Part shown: piece after piece, positions 1 to 8,445 of the stretch
Layout: the number at the start of each line of letters is the position of its first letter
Position numbering within the stretch: the first letter of the stretch is position 1
NCBI GenBank assembly: GCA_007124535.1
Contig: SLEY01000453.1
Coordinates: 1-32,114 of the forward strand
Length of the DNA: 32,114 nucleotides
Reading direction: 5' to 3'
Source: Planctomycetaceae bacterium
GTDB lineage: Bacteria > Planctomycetota > Planctomycetia > Pirellulales > Pirellulaceae
Notes under the pieces: model-generated
The model's database searches: none
Seen by the model: only the letters and a program-made list of their open reading frames with translations
Told to the model about the DNA's origin: nothing
Position numbers and translations under genes: made by a program

Positions 1-220
1 CGGCGAATTTCGCGTTCAAACGGTCGACCGTGCCCGACAAGGTGACAACGCCCTCGTGGGTCGCAACGTCGATCCGGGCCTCCGGCACCGCCTCGTGCAT
101 CCTCAGCCGTCGTTCCACGGCTTCGGTGACGGCCAGGTCTCCCGGCGGCGGGGGCTGCTCCGCAGCCAGGCCGGGCAGACCGAGGAAGACCGCGGCCAAA
201 GGAAGTAGCAGCTTACGCAT
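1..220 (-). CDS. BON domain-containing secreted protein (N-terminal part only; the gene runs off the left edge)
   Basis: Not in the ORF track. Reverse-strand ATG at 220-218 with AGGAG (complement of 227-231) 6 nt upstream. My translation is MRKLLLPLAAVFLGLPGLAAEQPPPPGDLAVTEAVERRLRMHEAVPEARIDVATHEGVVTLSGTVDRLNAKFA. It shows a signal peptide followed by the BON-type pattern (I.V....GVVTLSG.V......A). Confidence 0.55.
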   Translation of the reverse strand, partial: MRKLLLPLAAVFLGLPGLAAEQPPPPGDLAVTEAVERRLRMHEAVPEARIDVATHEGVVTLSGTVDRLNAKFA

Positions 221-432
221 GGGGGACTCCTGAATTCGAAGGGAAGCATGCACATCGTGACTTCCCTTGCTAAGTGCAAATCGGATGCCGAAGGTTCCGG
301 TCCTGGCGGGGCGCGCGCCCCAAAATCATCCGGGTTGGAACAACATTTGCATCCGGCCAGCCTTCCGTAACCGATCGGCAACCCGCTCGGTAAGAACCGA
401 ACTCAACAAACCGATCCCTCGGGAGAAAACCC

Positions 433-795
433 ATGACCACGCAAACCACAGACCAACTCCGTTCCCAGCGTTGCCGCGCCTGTGAAGGTGAGGAGGCGAG
501 GCTCTCGGAACCGCAAGCTCGCGACTTGCTCGCCGCCCTTTCCGGATGGGAAATGGACGAAAACGCTCGCCAGATTCGCAAGCAGTGGACCATGAAGGAC
601 TTCGCCACCGGCATGGACTTTCTCCGCCGTGTCGGCGACCTGGCCGAGCAGGAGGGGCATCACCCCGACGTCCATCTCACCGGCTACCGCCATGTGGCCG
701 TCGAACTGGCGACGCATGCGGTGGACGGCTTGTCCGAGAACGATTTCATTCTCGCATCGAAAATCGACGAACTGCCCGCCGGGGAGAAGGCGTAA
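433..795 (+). CDS. 4a-hydroxytetrahydrobiopterin (pterin-4-alpha-carbinolamine) dehydratase, PCD/DCoH family
   Basis: 120-aa ORF, ATG preceded by GGGAG (421-425). Contains the PCD hallmark EGHHPD followed by the second conserved segment (VELATHAVDGLSENDFILASKID). Length is typical for the family. Confidence 0.88.
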   Translation: MTTQTTDQLRSQRCRACEGEEARLSEPQARDLLAALSGWEMDENARQIRKQWTMKDFATGMDFLRRVGDLAEQEGHHPDVHLTGYRHVAVELATHAVDGLSENDFILASKIDELPAGEKA

Positions 796-796
796 C

Positions 797-828
797 GAGG
801 ATCACCTGCGATTCGCCATCCTCTTTTT
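797..828 (+). terminator. Candidate intrinsic terminator after the PCD gene
   Basis: GAGGAT (797-802) pairs with ATCCTC (818-823). An inner 3-bp stem pairs 808-810 with 814-816. A T5 run follows immediately (824-828), and the whole structure starts 2 nt after the TAA stop. Confidence 0.4.
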
Positions 829-849
829 GATTCTTATGGAGTTCGAGCC

Positions 850-1020
850 ATGTTGTATTGGGCAGTGGTGTTCTTTGTTGTCGCGCTGATTGCCGGCGTT
901 CTTGGATTCGGTGGCATTGCGGCCGGCGCGGTGGAAATTGCCAGGATATTGTTTTTCATCTTCCTCGTACTGTTCGTGATCAGCTTGGTTGCTGGCGGCT
1001 TCCGCCGACCCACGGTTTGA
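850..1020 (+). CDS. DUF1328 / UPF0391 (YtjA-like) small membrane protein, 56 aa
   Basis: Below the ORF-track size cutoff. My translation is [56 protein letters not shown]. It has two TM helices and the family signature ALIAxxLGFGGxAxxA, closely resembling E. coli YtjA as I remember it. Confidence 0.75.
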   Translation: MLYWAVVFFVVALIAGVLGFGGIAAGAVEIARILFFIFLVLFVISLVAGGFRRPTV

Positions 1021-1370
1021 TTCGCGCGGAATGTTTTGGTTAAGCCGCGTCCATTACGACAGCCTGACGGGGGAAGCACGTTCCACTATGGCAAAGTGTC
1101 GCTGCATGATCGAGGCGACGAACGGCTTCGTTTGTGGAGAGCAAGGCGAGTTCCAGCTTTTGCGGGAGAGGCACGCCGTGGGGCACTCGTCAAGCGGGGG
1201 AGAACGCATGGCGCACGATTTGCTGCGGGTGGGAAGCCGTGTATTCGGGCGAACCGGAGCGGCCGGCGCCCCGCAGGCGACGTTCCCGCGTGAAAGCCAT
1301 TGCATTGATGGCTGGTCTGGCGCGGCGTCGCGGCAGAGACGAGAAGCGAGGAAATCACGAGGAGAAAGCG

Positions 1371-2318
1371 ATGTTGCGAAATTTTGGCGTGGTACCGGCC
1401 CTGATCGCTCTGGCCGCCGTTGCCGGGGCGGATGCCGCTGAGCAAGACCAGAATGACTTGGCAGCCAAGGCATCCGCCCTGATTGGACGGAACGTGATCA
1501 GTTCGCGAGATGTCGTGCTCGGCGATGTCTACGATCTGGTGGTCGATTTCGACGGAGGACGCGTCTCGCACCTGGTGCTGGCCGAAGGCGGTGTTTTGGG
1601 GATCGCCGCCACCCTGCGGCCGGTCCCGATCGAAGCTGCCCAATTGAAGCAGCGGCCTCTGGGTCCGGGAGTCGGGCTTGGTGAGCCCGGGGCCCCCCCG
1701 GCCACTCGACCCACCCACCGCGAATGGGTGCTCCAGGTCGACGTAACCCAGGAACGATTCGAGGAGGCGCCCGTTCTGGAAGACGACTGGAACGTCCTTG
1801 GAAATCCGGAATGGGCGGCCGAACTGGATGCCTTTTACGGCCTGGAAGACATCGAACGCGATCAGGAGCGGCCGATTTATCGCGTGAGCCAACTGACCGG
1901 CAGCCGCATCCGTGATCGAGATGATGAGCGAAATCTTGGCAGCTTGACGGAAATCGTGTTCGATTTGGAAGCGGGCTCGATCCGTTATGGCGCCTTATCG
2001 TACGGCGGTTTCCTGGGATTTGGCGACACGTTGGTGGCGGTCCCCTGGGAGGCGTTCACCCTTCAGGAGGTCGAGGGATGGTTTGAGTATCAGATGGTGC
2101 TGGACGCGACGGAAGAAACCGTCCAGGAGGCCACCGGCTTCGACCAGGACGACTGGCCAAGGTTCGCCGATCCCGAATTGGCGGAAGCACTGGGCGTGCA
2201 GGACGGGAGCGAGCAAGGGCGTGCTCGCGGCGATTTGGACGTGGAAGTGGGCCCCGACGGGGTCGAAGTCGACGTGGACGTCGACCTCGAGTCGCCAGCT
2301 CCTGAGCAGGACGGGTAA
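1371..2318 (+). CDS. Secreted protein with two PRC-barrel domains and an acidic C-terminal tail
   Basis: Internal ATG at 1371 with GGAG at 1361-1364; the track ORF starts at 1134, but that extension is Arg/Gly-rich junk. Signal peptide MLRNFGVVPALIALAAVAGADA. Two PRC-barrel-like units: LIGRNVISSRDVVLGDVYDLVVDFDGGRVSHLVLA and LTGSRIRDRDDERNLGSLTEIVFDLEAGSIRYGALSYGGFLGFGDTLVAVPWEAF. Confidence 0.7.
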   Translation: MLRNFGVVPALIALAAVAGADAAEQDQNDLAAKASALIGRNVISSRDVVLGDVYDLVVDFDGGRVSHLVLAEGGVLGIAATLRPVPIEAAQLKQRPLGPGVGLGEPGAPPATRPTHREWVLQVDVTQERFEEAPVLEDDWNVLGNPEWAAELDAFYGLEDIERDQERPIYRVSQLTGSRIRDRDDERNLGSLTEIVFDLEAGSIRYGALSYGGFLGFGDTLVAVPWEAFTLQEVEGWFEYQMVLDATEETVQEATGFDQDDWPRFADPELAEALGVQDGSEQGRARGDLDVEVGPDGVEVDVDVDLESPAPEQDG

Positions 2319-2447
2319 TTCGCCGCGCGGACTTCGATGGCTCGTCGGCCGGTGCGGCTCGCGGGCCAGAAGGGGCCAGCGAGCCGGCCGCGGCGGGCCG
2401 CTTTGCGAGCGAGGGGCCAGGGCAATTTCCTGAACCGGAGGCTTTCG

Positions 2448-3959
2448 ATGGATACCATTTCGCCCCATTCGTATTGGTGGAGCGACGCTTTCCTCCAGGA
2501 GGCCCCAACGTATGCTCCTTTGGACCAAGAAAGCCGCGCCGACGTGGCAATCATTGGGGCGGGGATCACCGGTTTGACGGCGGCGGCCCACTTGAAAGCG
2601 TCGGGCCGGCGAGTCGTGGTGCTTGAGGCCGGCCGCGTCGGGGCCGGGACGACCGGCGGGTCGACCGGGCACCTGGAAGTGCATCCCGATCCCGGTTTTC
2701 GCGCGCTCCTCCGCGACTTGGGCGAATCCGGGGCCCGGCAGGTGACCGAAGCTCGCCGCCAGGCCATCGCGCAAATCCGCGCTTGGTCCTCGGACGCCAG
2801 CGGCTGCGACTTCGTCCCGGTACCCGCGTTCTTCTATGCCGAGACCGAGGATGACGTTTCGCTTGTCGAAGAGGAACACGACGCCGCGCGGCGGGCGGGG
2901 GTCGAGGCCCGTCTGGTGGCCGATGTCCCGCTTCCTTTTCCCTGTGCGGCCGGGCTACGGCTGGAAAATCAGGCTCGGGTACAAATCACACCCTATTTGC
3001 GGCTCCTGGCCGCGCTCGTCCACGGCGACGGGTCCCGGGTGCACGAATACTCCCGGGTAATTCAGCCCCCGACCGAAGGAGCCCCATGCACGGTGGCGAC
3101 GGCTCGTGGCCGCGTCGTCGCTGACGACGTGATCGTCGCGACCCACTCGGGCTTCTTCGGCATATCCCATCTCGACCTGCGCGTGGCGCCGTACCAATCC
3201 TACGTCGTGGCCGTGGAGATAGCAGACGAAGTGGACGACGCCCTGTTCTGGGACACGGCCTCCCCGTATCATTATACCCGCCTGAGTTCATCGGCCTCGC
3301 CGGGCACGCTGCTCGTGGGCGGCGCCGACCACAAGACGGGTCAGGGCGATGGACCGTCCCATTTGGCCGCGTTGGAAGAGTATGTCGCCCAGCGTTTTCG
3401 CGTCCCGCGGGTGACGCACCGCTGGTCGGCCGAGTTGTTCGAGCCCGCCGATGCCCTCCCTTTGATTGGCCGCATGCCCCTGTCGAACCACCTCTACGTC
3501 GCCAGCGGGTTTTCAGGATCGGGACTCACCTGGGGGACGGCGGCGGCCCGAATCATCAGCGATCTGATCGCGGGGCGACCGAACGCGACGGCGGCATGGG
3601 TTTCGCCCTCCCGATGGAAACCGGTGGCCGCGGCGTCGAATTTCGTCCAAGAAAACTTCAATATTGCCAAACGTTTTGTCCTCGATCGCCTGGCGGCCCA
3701 TGCTTTGGACCGTATGGAGGACGTCCCTGCGGGGGAAGGGCGCCTCGTGCGGAGTAAGGACCGCCTGCTGGCGGCCTATCGTGATCCCGCCGGGGCGGTC
3801 CATGTCCGCTCCGCGGTGTGTCCCCATGCCGGGTGCATCGTCCAGTGGAACGGGGCGGAGCGGACTTGGGATTGTCCTTGTCATGGCGGCCGCTTTGCGC
3901 CGCGGGGCGAACGTATTTACGGACCTCCGGCGGACGACCTCCACCCCGCCCCTTCCTGA
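2448..3959 (+). CDS. FAD-dependent oxidoreductase (DAO-type) fused to a C-terminal Rieske [2Fe-2S] domain
   Basis: ATG at 2448 with GGAGG at 2437-2441. Rossmann dinucleotide motif DVAIIGAGITGLTAA. C-terminal Rieske ligand boxes CPHAGC and CPCHGG (SAVCPHAGCIVQWNGAERTWDCPCHGGRF). Confidence 0.85.
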   Translation: MDTISPHSYWWSDAFLQEAPTYAPLDQESRADVAIIGAGITGLTAAAHLKASGRRVVVLEAGRVGAGTTGGSTGHLEVHPDPGFRALLRDLGESGARQVTEARRQAIAQIRAWSSDASGCDFVPVPAFFYAETEDDVSLVEEEHDAARRAGVEARLVADVPLPFPCAAGLRLENQARVQITPYLRLLAALVHGDGSRVHEYSRVIQPPTEGAPCTVATARGRVVADDVIVATHSGFFGISHLDLRVAPYQSYVVAVEIADEVDDALFWDTASPYHYTRLSSSASPGTLLVGGADHKTGQGDGPSHLAALEEYVAQRFRVPRVTHRWSAELFEPADALPLIGRMPLSNHLYVASGFSGSGLTWGTAAARIISDLIAGRPNATAAWVSPSRWKPVAAASNFVQENFNIAKRFVLDRLAAHALDRMEDVPAGEGRLVRSKDRLLAAYRDPAGAVHVRSAVCPHAGCIVQWNGAERTWDCPCHGGRFAPRGERIYGPPADDLHPAPS

Positions 3960-4027
3960 ACTCCATCTGACAGCAACCGAACCACCACCTCCCACACCAT
4001 TCTTACATCAGTACGAGGAGTCGATCC

Positions 4028-5419
4028 ATGTTCATGGAAACCATCTACACGCCGGGCGTGGCGCACTTGTCCTATATCCTGGGCGACGCGGGGCAGGCGG
4101 CCGTCATCGACCCGCGGCGCGATACGGGCGTCTATTGGGACATCGCCGATCGGCACGGGGCGAGGATCACGCATGTCTTCGAAACCCACCGGAATGAAGA
4201 TTACGTGACCGGCTCGCTCGATCTGGCTCGCACCGCCTTCGCGGAAATCTATCACGGCCATCAACTGGATTTTCAGTATGGCAATCCGGTGCGGGAAGGC
4301 GATGCGTTCCAACTGGGCCAGGCGAAGCTTTCCATCCTGGAGACGCCCGGCCACACCCCGGAGAGCATTTCGATCGTCTATCGCGACCTGGAATTCAGCG
4401 ACGATCCGCTGGGCGTGTTCACCGGCGACGCCTTGTTCATCGGCGACGTGGGCCGGACCGACTTCTTCCCGGATCGGGCCGAAGAGGTGGCCGGGATGCT
4501 TTACGACAGCATCTTCCAGAAACTGCTGGCGTTGGGCGATCACGTGCTCCTGTGGCCAGCCCATGGCGCGGGATCCGTTTGCGGTTCGGGCATGGCCGAC
4601 CGGAATTTCTCCACCCTCGGCTACGAACGCCGACACAATCCGGCGCTGCAGCAGAAGGATCGGAAGGCGTTCATCGCCTACAAGCTGGCCGAGGACCATT
4701 TCTATCCCCCTTATTTCCAGAAAATGGAGCAATACAATCTGGAAGGTCCCCCGCCGCTGGCCGAACTGCCCCGCCCCAAACCGCTCGTGCCCGAGGACTT
4801 CGTCCGGGCGATGGAAGACGGCATGCAAGTGGTCGACGTGCGCAGCCCCGAGGCTTACGCGGGCGCCCACCTGCCGGCAAGCTTCTCATTGCCGTTGAAG
4901 ATGCTTCCCGCCTTCGCCGGGATGTTTCTGGAATACACCCGCCCGCTGGGGCTGGTGGTGGAGGATGACTCGCAGATCGGCGAGGCGGTCCGCGGCCTGG
5001 TGCGGATCGGCTACGATCATGTCGCGGCTTTCCTGGCCGGCGGCTTGCATGCCTGGGAGACAAGCGGCCTGCGCTACGAGAGAATCCCCGCCATCCATAT
5101 CAAGGATCTGGAGAAACGAATCGAGGCGGGCGACCGCTTCACCCTGCTCGATGTCCGCAGCAGGGAGGAGTTTCAGTCGGGACACCTGCCCGGGGCGAAG
5201 CAGGTTTTTGTGGGCGATTTGCCCCAGAAAATCGACCAGATTGCCGACGGGCGCCCCGTCACCACCTACTGCAACAGCGGCCAGCGGGCGATGATTGCCG
5301 CGTCGCTGCTGCGGCAGCATGGCATCCAGCCGGTCGAGAACTGCCTGGGCTCCATGGCGGCCTGCAGGAGTCTGGCGTGCGATATGGTGGCCGAAGCAGC
5401 TCCCGGCACGGCAAAATGA
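4028..5419 (+). CDS. MBL-fold metallo-hydrolase (persulfide-dioxygenase-like) fused to two rhodanese domains
   Basis: GAGGAG RBS at 4014-4019. MBL-fold motifs present: TPGHTPES, DALFIGDVGR, WPAHGAGS. The first rhodanese domain has Asp at the active-site position (GLVVEDDSQ). The second has the catalytic loop YCNSGQRA (Cys codon 5269-5271). Confidence 0.85.
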   Translation: MFMETIYTPGVAHLSYILGDAGQAAVIDPRRDTGVYWDIADRHGARITHVFETHRNEDYVTGSLDLARTAFAEIYHGHQLDFQYGNPVREGDAFQLGQAKLSILETPGHTPESISIVYRDLEFSDDPLGVFTGDALFIGDVGRTDFFPDRAEEVAGMLYDSIFQKLLALGDHVLLWPAHGAGSVCGSGMADRNFSTLGYERRHNPALQQKDRKAFIAYKLAEDHFYPPYFQKMEQYNLEGPPPLAELPRPKPLVPEDFVRAMEDGMQVVDVRSPEAYAGAHLPASFSLPLKMLPAFAGMFLEYTRPLGLVVEDDSQIGEAVRGLVRIGYDHVAAFLAGGLHAWETSGLRYERIPAIHIKDLEKRIEAGDRFTLLDVRSREEFQSGHLPGAKQVFVGDLPQKIDQIADGRPVTTYCNSGQRAMIAASLLRQHGIQPVENCLGSMAACRSLACDMVAEAAPGTAK

Positions 5420-5522
5420 ACAGGGAACGCGGGGAATGGCGCCCCGTGCCCCACGGGCCGGCAAGCCGTTCGCGTGCAACCAAACCCAAGGGGCAGGGGG
5501 CTGGATACCGAAGGAATCACCA

Positions 5523-5996
5523 ATGCCAAGAAAGACCGCATTATTCGCCGCCGCGATTCTTGCCGGCGTACCGCAGGTCGCGCTGGCCCAAGATGCAGGC
5601 GTCGATCCCGGCACCACGGGACCCGCTTGGTCGCCGTACTTGGTCGGCGCCCTGATCGGCGTGCTGAGTATGTTGACCTTCTATTTCAGCGACAAGCCCC
5701 TGGGCGCCTCGACCGCCTATGCTCGACTTGCCGGACTGGTCGGCCGGCAGTTCGCCCCTCGCCACACCGACGCGTTGCCCTTCTATGCAAAGAAGACGCC
5801 CGCGATCGATTGGCAGGTGATGCTGGTTGTGGGCATCCTGATCGGTGGTTTTCTGGCTGCCTGGACTACTGGGCATCCGCCCGGCGATCTGCGTCCCCCT
5901 GTTCGCCGCGATCCTCGTGGTATTCCTCGCCGCAATCCATTTCTACGCTGTTCCGAAAACCTGAAGACTATCCGAAGCCCATGGTTGATTCCCTGA
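5523..5996 (+). pseudogene. YeeE/YedE-family (sulfur/thiosulfate transporter) remnant, internally deleted and frameshifted
   Basis: ATG at 5523 with AAGGAA upstream. The first ~120 aa look like the N-terminus of YeeE/YedE proteins (WSPYLVGALIGVLSMLTFYFSDKPLGASTAY ... IDWQVMLVVGILIGGFLAAW). After ...AAWTTG (~5870) the frame becomes Arg/Pro-rich nonsense. Another frame carries a clean TM helix, GIRPAICVPLFAAILVVFLAAIHFYAVPKT, ending at the TGA at 5962-5964. No GCTSGH-type active-site segment appears in any frame. Confidence 0.45.
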
Positions 5997-6026
5997 ACCC
6001 CTTTTCTTTCCAAGGAGAACCGAGTC

Positions 6027-6620
6027 ATGAAACATGAACTTCCCGAATTGCCCTTCGCCGAAACGGCCCTGGAACCCCACATTTCGGCCGAAACACTGCA
6101 GTACCACCACGGCAAGCACCACGCCAAGTACGTTGCGACCCTGAACGAGCTACTCCCGGGCACCGAGTTGGAAGGGGAATCGCTCGAGGAGATTATCCGG
6201 CGAGCTTCCGGCAAACTGTTCAACAATGCCGCGCAGGTCTGGAACCATACGTTCTATTGGAACTGCCTTTCGCCGCGGGGAGGTGGTCAACCGGACGGGC
6301 CACTCACCGCGGTGTTGGAGCAGCAGTTCGGCTCGTTCGACCAGTTCCAACAGCAGTTCAACGAGGCCGCCAAAGGGCTGTTTGGTTCAGGTTGGACCTG
6401 GCTGGTCCAGGATGCTTCGGGCAAGGTGAGCATTCAACCGATGAGCAACGCGGGGACGCCGATCCGGCAGGGAGATACGCCCCTGCTGACCTGCGACGTG
6501 TGGGAACACGCGTACTACATCGACTATCGCAATGCGCGTCCCAAGTACCTGACCGGCTTCTGGAACCTGGTGAATTGGGATTTCGTCGCCCAGCAATACC
6601 AGGCGGCTGCCCCGGTTTGA
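6027..6620 (+). CDS. sodB: Fe-type superoxide dismutase
   Basis: AAGGAG RBS at 6012-6017. Carries the Fe/Mn-SOD signatures HHGKHH, AAQVWNHTFYW and DVWEHAYYIDYRN. Gln sits in the FNNAAQ position and there is no Gln in the DVWEHAYY(L)QY position, which indicates the Fe type. Confidence 0.95.
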   Translation: MKHELPELPFAETALEPHISAETLQYHHGKHHAKYVATLNELLPGTELEGESLEEIIRRASGKLFNNAAQVWNHTFYWNCLSPRGGGQPDGPLTAVLEQQFGSFDQFQQQFNEAAKGLFGSGWTWLVQDASGKVSIQPMSNAGTPIRQGDTPLLTCDVWEHAYYIDYRNARPKYLTGFWNLVNWDFVAQQYQAAAPV

Positions 6621-6832
6621 GGGGCATGCCATGGGCGACCCTGGTTTTATTCAAGCCTTTTCGCCATGAAGCGGCCCCCCGACCCGTTCTTTATATTCGT
6701 CCCATTAGTCCTATTTGTCCTATAAATGCCAGGTGTCCCCGTTTGTCACAACAAGAGCCTGCACGATATGCTGCAACCATGCCCCCCGGGTGAACTCAGG
6801 CGACTCTGGCTGCGCTGTCAGTGGGGTAGACC

Positions 6833-8275
6833 ATGGAACCTGCATTCTGGTCCTTTGGCGTAATCCTCCTTCTGATCACGCTCGCAGGCGTCGCTTCCTT
6901 TCTGCGACGTCGGCGCAGCACGGGCGACTATCTGGTCGCCAGCCGCGCCGTCCCTCCCTGGCTCTCGGCGCTGTCCGCCGTCGCCACCAACAACAGCGGC
7001 TTCATGTTCATCGGCATGATCGCCTACTCTTACCGGGTCGGCATTGAGTCCCTCTGGATGGCCATCGCCTGGATCCTCGGCGACCTGACGGCCTGGCTGT
7101 TCGTGCATCCTCGGGTGCGCGAGCAATCGGGCGACCTGCGGGCAAAAACCCTCTCCGGACTGATCGGCCATCATGGGGGCGAAGAAGATCGTGTCCTGAT
7201 CGCCACCTGTGGGGTCATCACTTTCGTCTTCCTGGGTGTTTATGCGGCCGGGCAGTTCAAGGCGGGCAGCCTGGCTCTGCATGCGCTGTTCGGATGGGAC
7301 ATGTGGGTGGGGATCACGATCGGGATGATCGTGGTGGTGCTGTACGCTTTTGCCGGCGGGATCCGGGCGAGCATCTGGACGGATGCCGCCCAGAGTTTCG
7401 TCATGATCGGCACCATGCTGATGATCCTGGCGGCATCCTGGCTGAGACTGGGGGGGCCGACGGCGCTTCTGGACAACCTGCGCGAGCAGGATCCGGCCTT
7501 GGTTTCGTGGACGCCCGAGCAGCTCGAGTTCGGGATGGGATTTTATTTTCTGGGGCTGATGTTCGGTGGTTTTGGCGCCGTCGGCCAGCCGCAGATCATG
7601 GTGCGTTACATGGCGATCGAATCCCGGACCGCGATCACTCGGGCTCGACTGTGGTACTTTGTCTATTTCGTGCCCTTCTTTCTCGCCTCGGTGGGCGTCG
7701 GGCTCTGCAGCCGGGCCCTGCTGCCGGGATTGGCCGACATGGCGGTGGCTGGAGGGGTGGTGGAGCCCACGGAATTGGCCCTGCCATTGATGACGCGGGA
7801 GTTGCTGCCGCCTTTTGTCGTCGGCATCTCGCTGGCCGGTCTGTTCGCGGCCACGATGTCCACCGCGGATTCCCAGGTGATCGTCTGCTCCGGGGCGGTG
7901 ACCCAGGACATCCAGCCGCGCTGGCAGCGCTCCTATGGTGCGTCTCGCGGGGCGACGATCGCGGTGGCCGCCCTGGCACTGGCCGTCGCCCTCTACGCGC
8001 CCGAAGGCGTCTTCGGCTTGGTTCTGATCGCCTGGTCCGCCCTGGCCGCCAGCCTCGGTTCGGTGCTGCTGCTCCGGATCTTTCATCTGCCATTTTCCAC
8101 CCCGACCGCCGTGGTGATGATGGGGGTCGGGTTCAGCACCGTCGTCGCCTGGCACTATGCCGGCTACGACGACGACCTTTTCAAGCTGCTGCCCGGACTG
8201 ACGGCCGCGCTGTTCATCTATGCGGCCGCCCGCTCAGGGACCGTCCTGCGCAACGCCGTCAGGCGGAAGCGATAA
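6833..8275 (+). CDS. Sodium:solute symporter (SSF) family transporter, PutP-like
   Basis: 480 aa and highly hydrophobic throughout, with many predicted TM helices. The N-terminal SSF pattern GDYLVASRAVPPWLSALSAVATNNSGFMFIGM is present. Substrate cannot be assigned from the sequence. Confidence 0.82.
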   Translation: MEPAFWSFGVILLLITLAGVASFLRRRRSTGDYLVASRAVPPWLSALSAVATNNSGFMFIGMIAYSYRVGIESLWMAIAWILGDLTAWLFVHPRVREQSGDLRAKTLSGLIGHHGGEEDRVLIATCGVITFVFLGVYAAGQFKAGSLALHALFGWDMWVGITIGMIVVVLYAFAGGIRASIWTDAAQSFVMIGTMLMILAASWLRLGGPTALLDNLREQDPALVSWTPEQLEFGMGFYFLGLMFGGFGAVGQPQIMVRYMAIESRTAITRARLWYFVYFVPFFLASVGVGLCSRALLPGLADMAVAGGVVEPTELALPLMTRELLPPFVVGISLAGLFAATMSTADSQVIVCSGAVTQDIQPRWQRSYGASRGATIAVAALALAVALYAPEGVFGLVLIAWSALAASLGSVLLLRIFHLPFSTPTAVVMMGVGFSTVVAWHYAGYDDDLFKLLPGLTAALFIYAAARSGTVLRNAVRRKR

Positions 8276-8344
8276 GGACCGGGAGCCGCGTAGGATTTCA
8301 ACCCTCCAACCCCGCGGAGACCGAGCGGATCGTGGTCTTGTCTC

Positions 8345-8377
8345 ACAAGAGAAAAGAGCGTCAAGTTATTTTGACGC
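8345..8377 (-). terminator. Candidate intrinsic terminator of the minus-strand ABC operon
   Basis: Perfect 7-bp stem: GCGTCAA (8358-8364) pairs with TTGACGC (8371-8377), with a 6-nt loop. On the minus-strand RNA it is followed by UCUUUUCUCUUGU (complement of 8357-8345). It lies ~70 nt downstream of the ATPase stop codon. Confidence 0.45.
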
Positions 8378-8445
8378 GGCGACGAAGCATTTCAGGGCTA
8401 CCGACAAGAAACCACATCCTAACCTGACCCGACCCAAGTCGGTCG

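Noticed and set aside
238-268. 8-bp stem hairpin (AAGGGAAG paired with CTTCCCTT) in the divergent BON/PCD promoter region
   Set aside because: The structure is real, but I cannot assign a function. It has no U-run on either strand and lies in a 5' leader or promoter zone. I record it only as a possible leader structure.
989-1441. 150-aa ORF in the 350-bp gap before the PRC-barrel gene, with an internal MAKCRCMIEATNGFVCGEQGEF...
   Set aside because: The first ~30 codons have reasonable GC3, but the rest is Arg/Gly-rich and overlaps the PRC-barrel gene's start and RBS. No motif was recognised. A short Cys-containing peptide or a leader cannot be excluded, but the sequence does not support one.
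6818-8155. 445-aa ORF antisense to the SSS transporter (also 7294-8427 on the + strand in another frame)
   Set aside because: Both are extremely Arg/Gly/Pro/Asp/His-rich, with no TM helices or other motifs. The SSS frame is coherent across its whole length.
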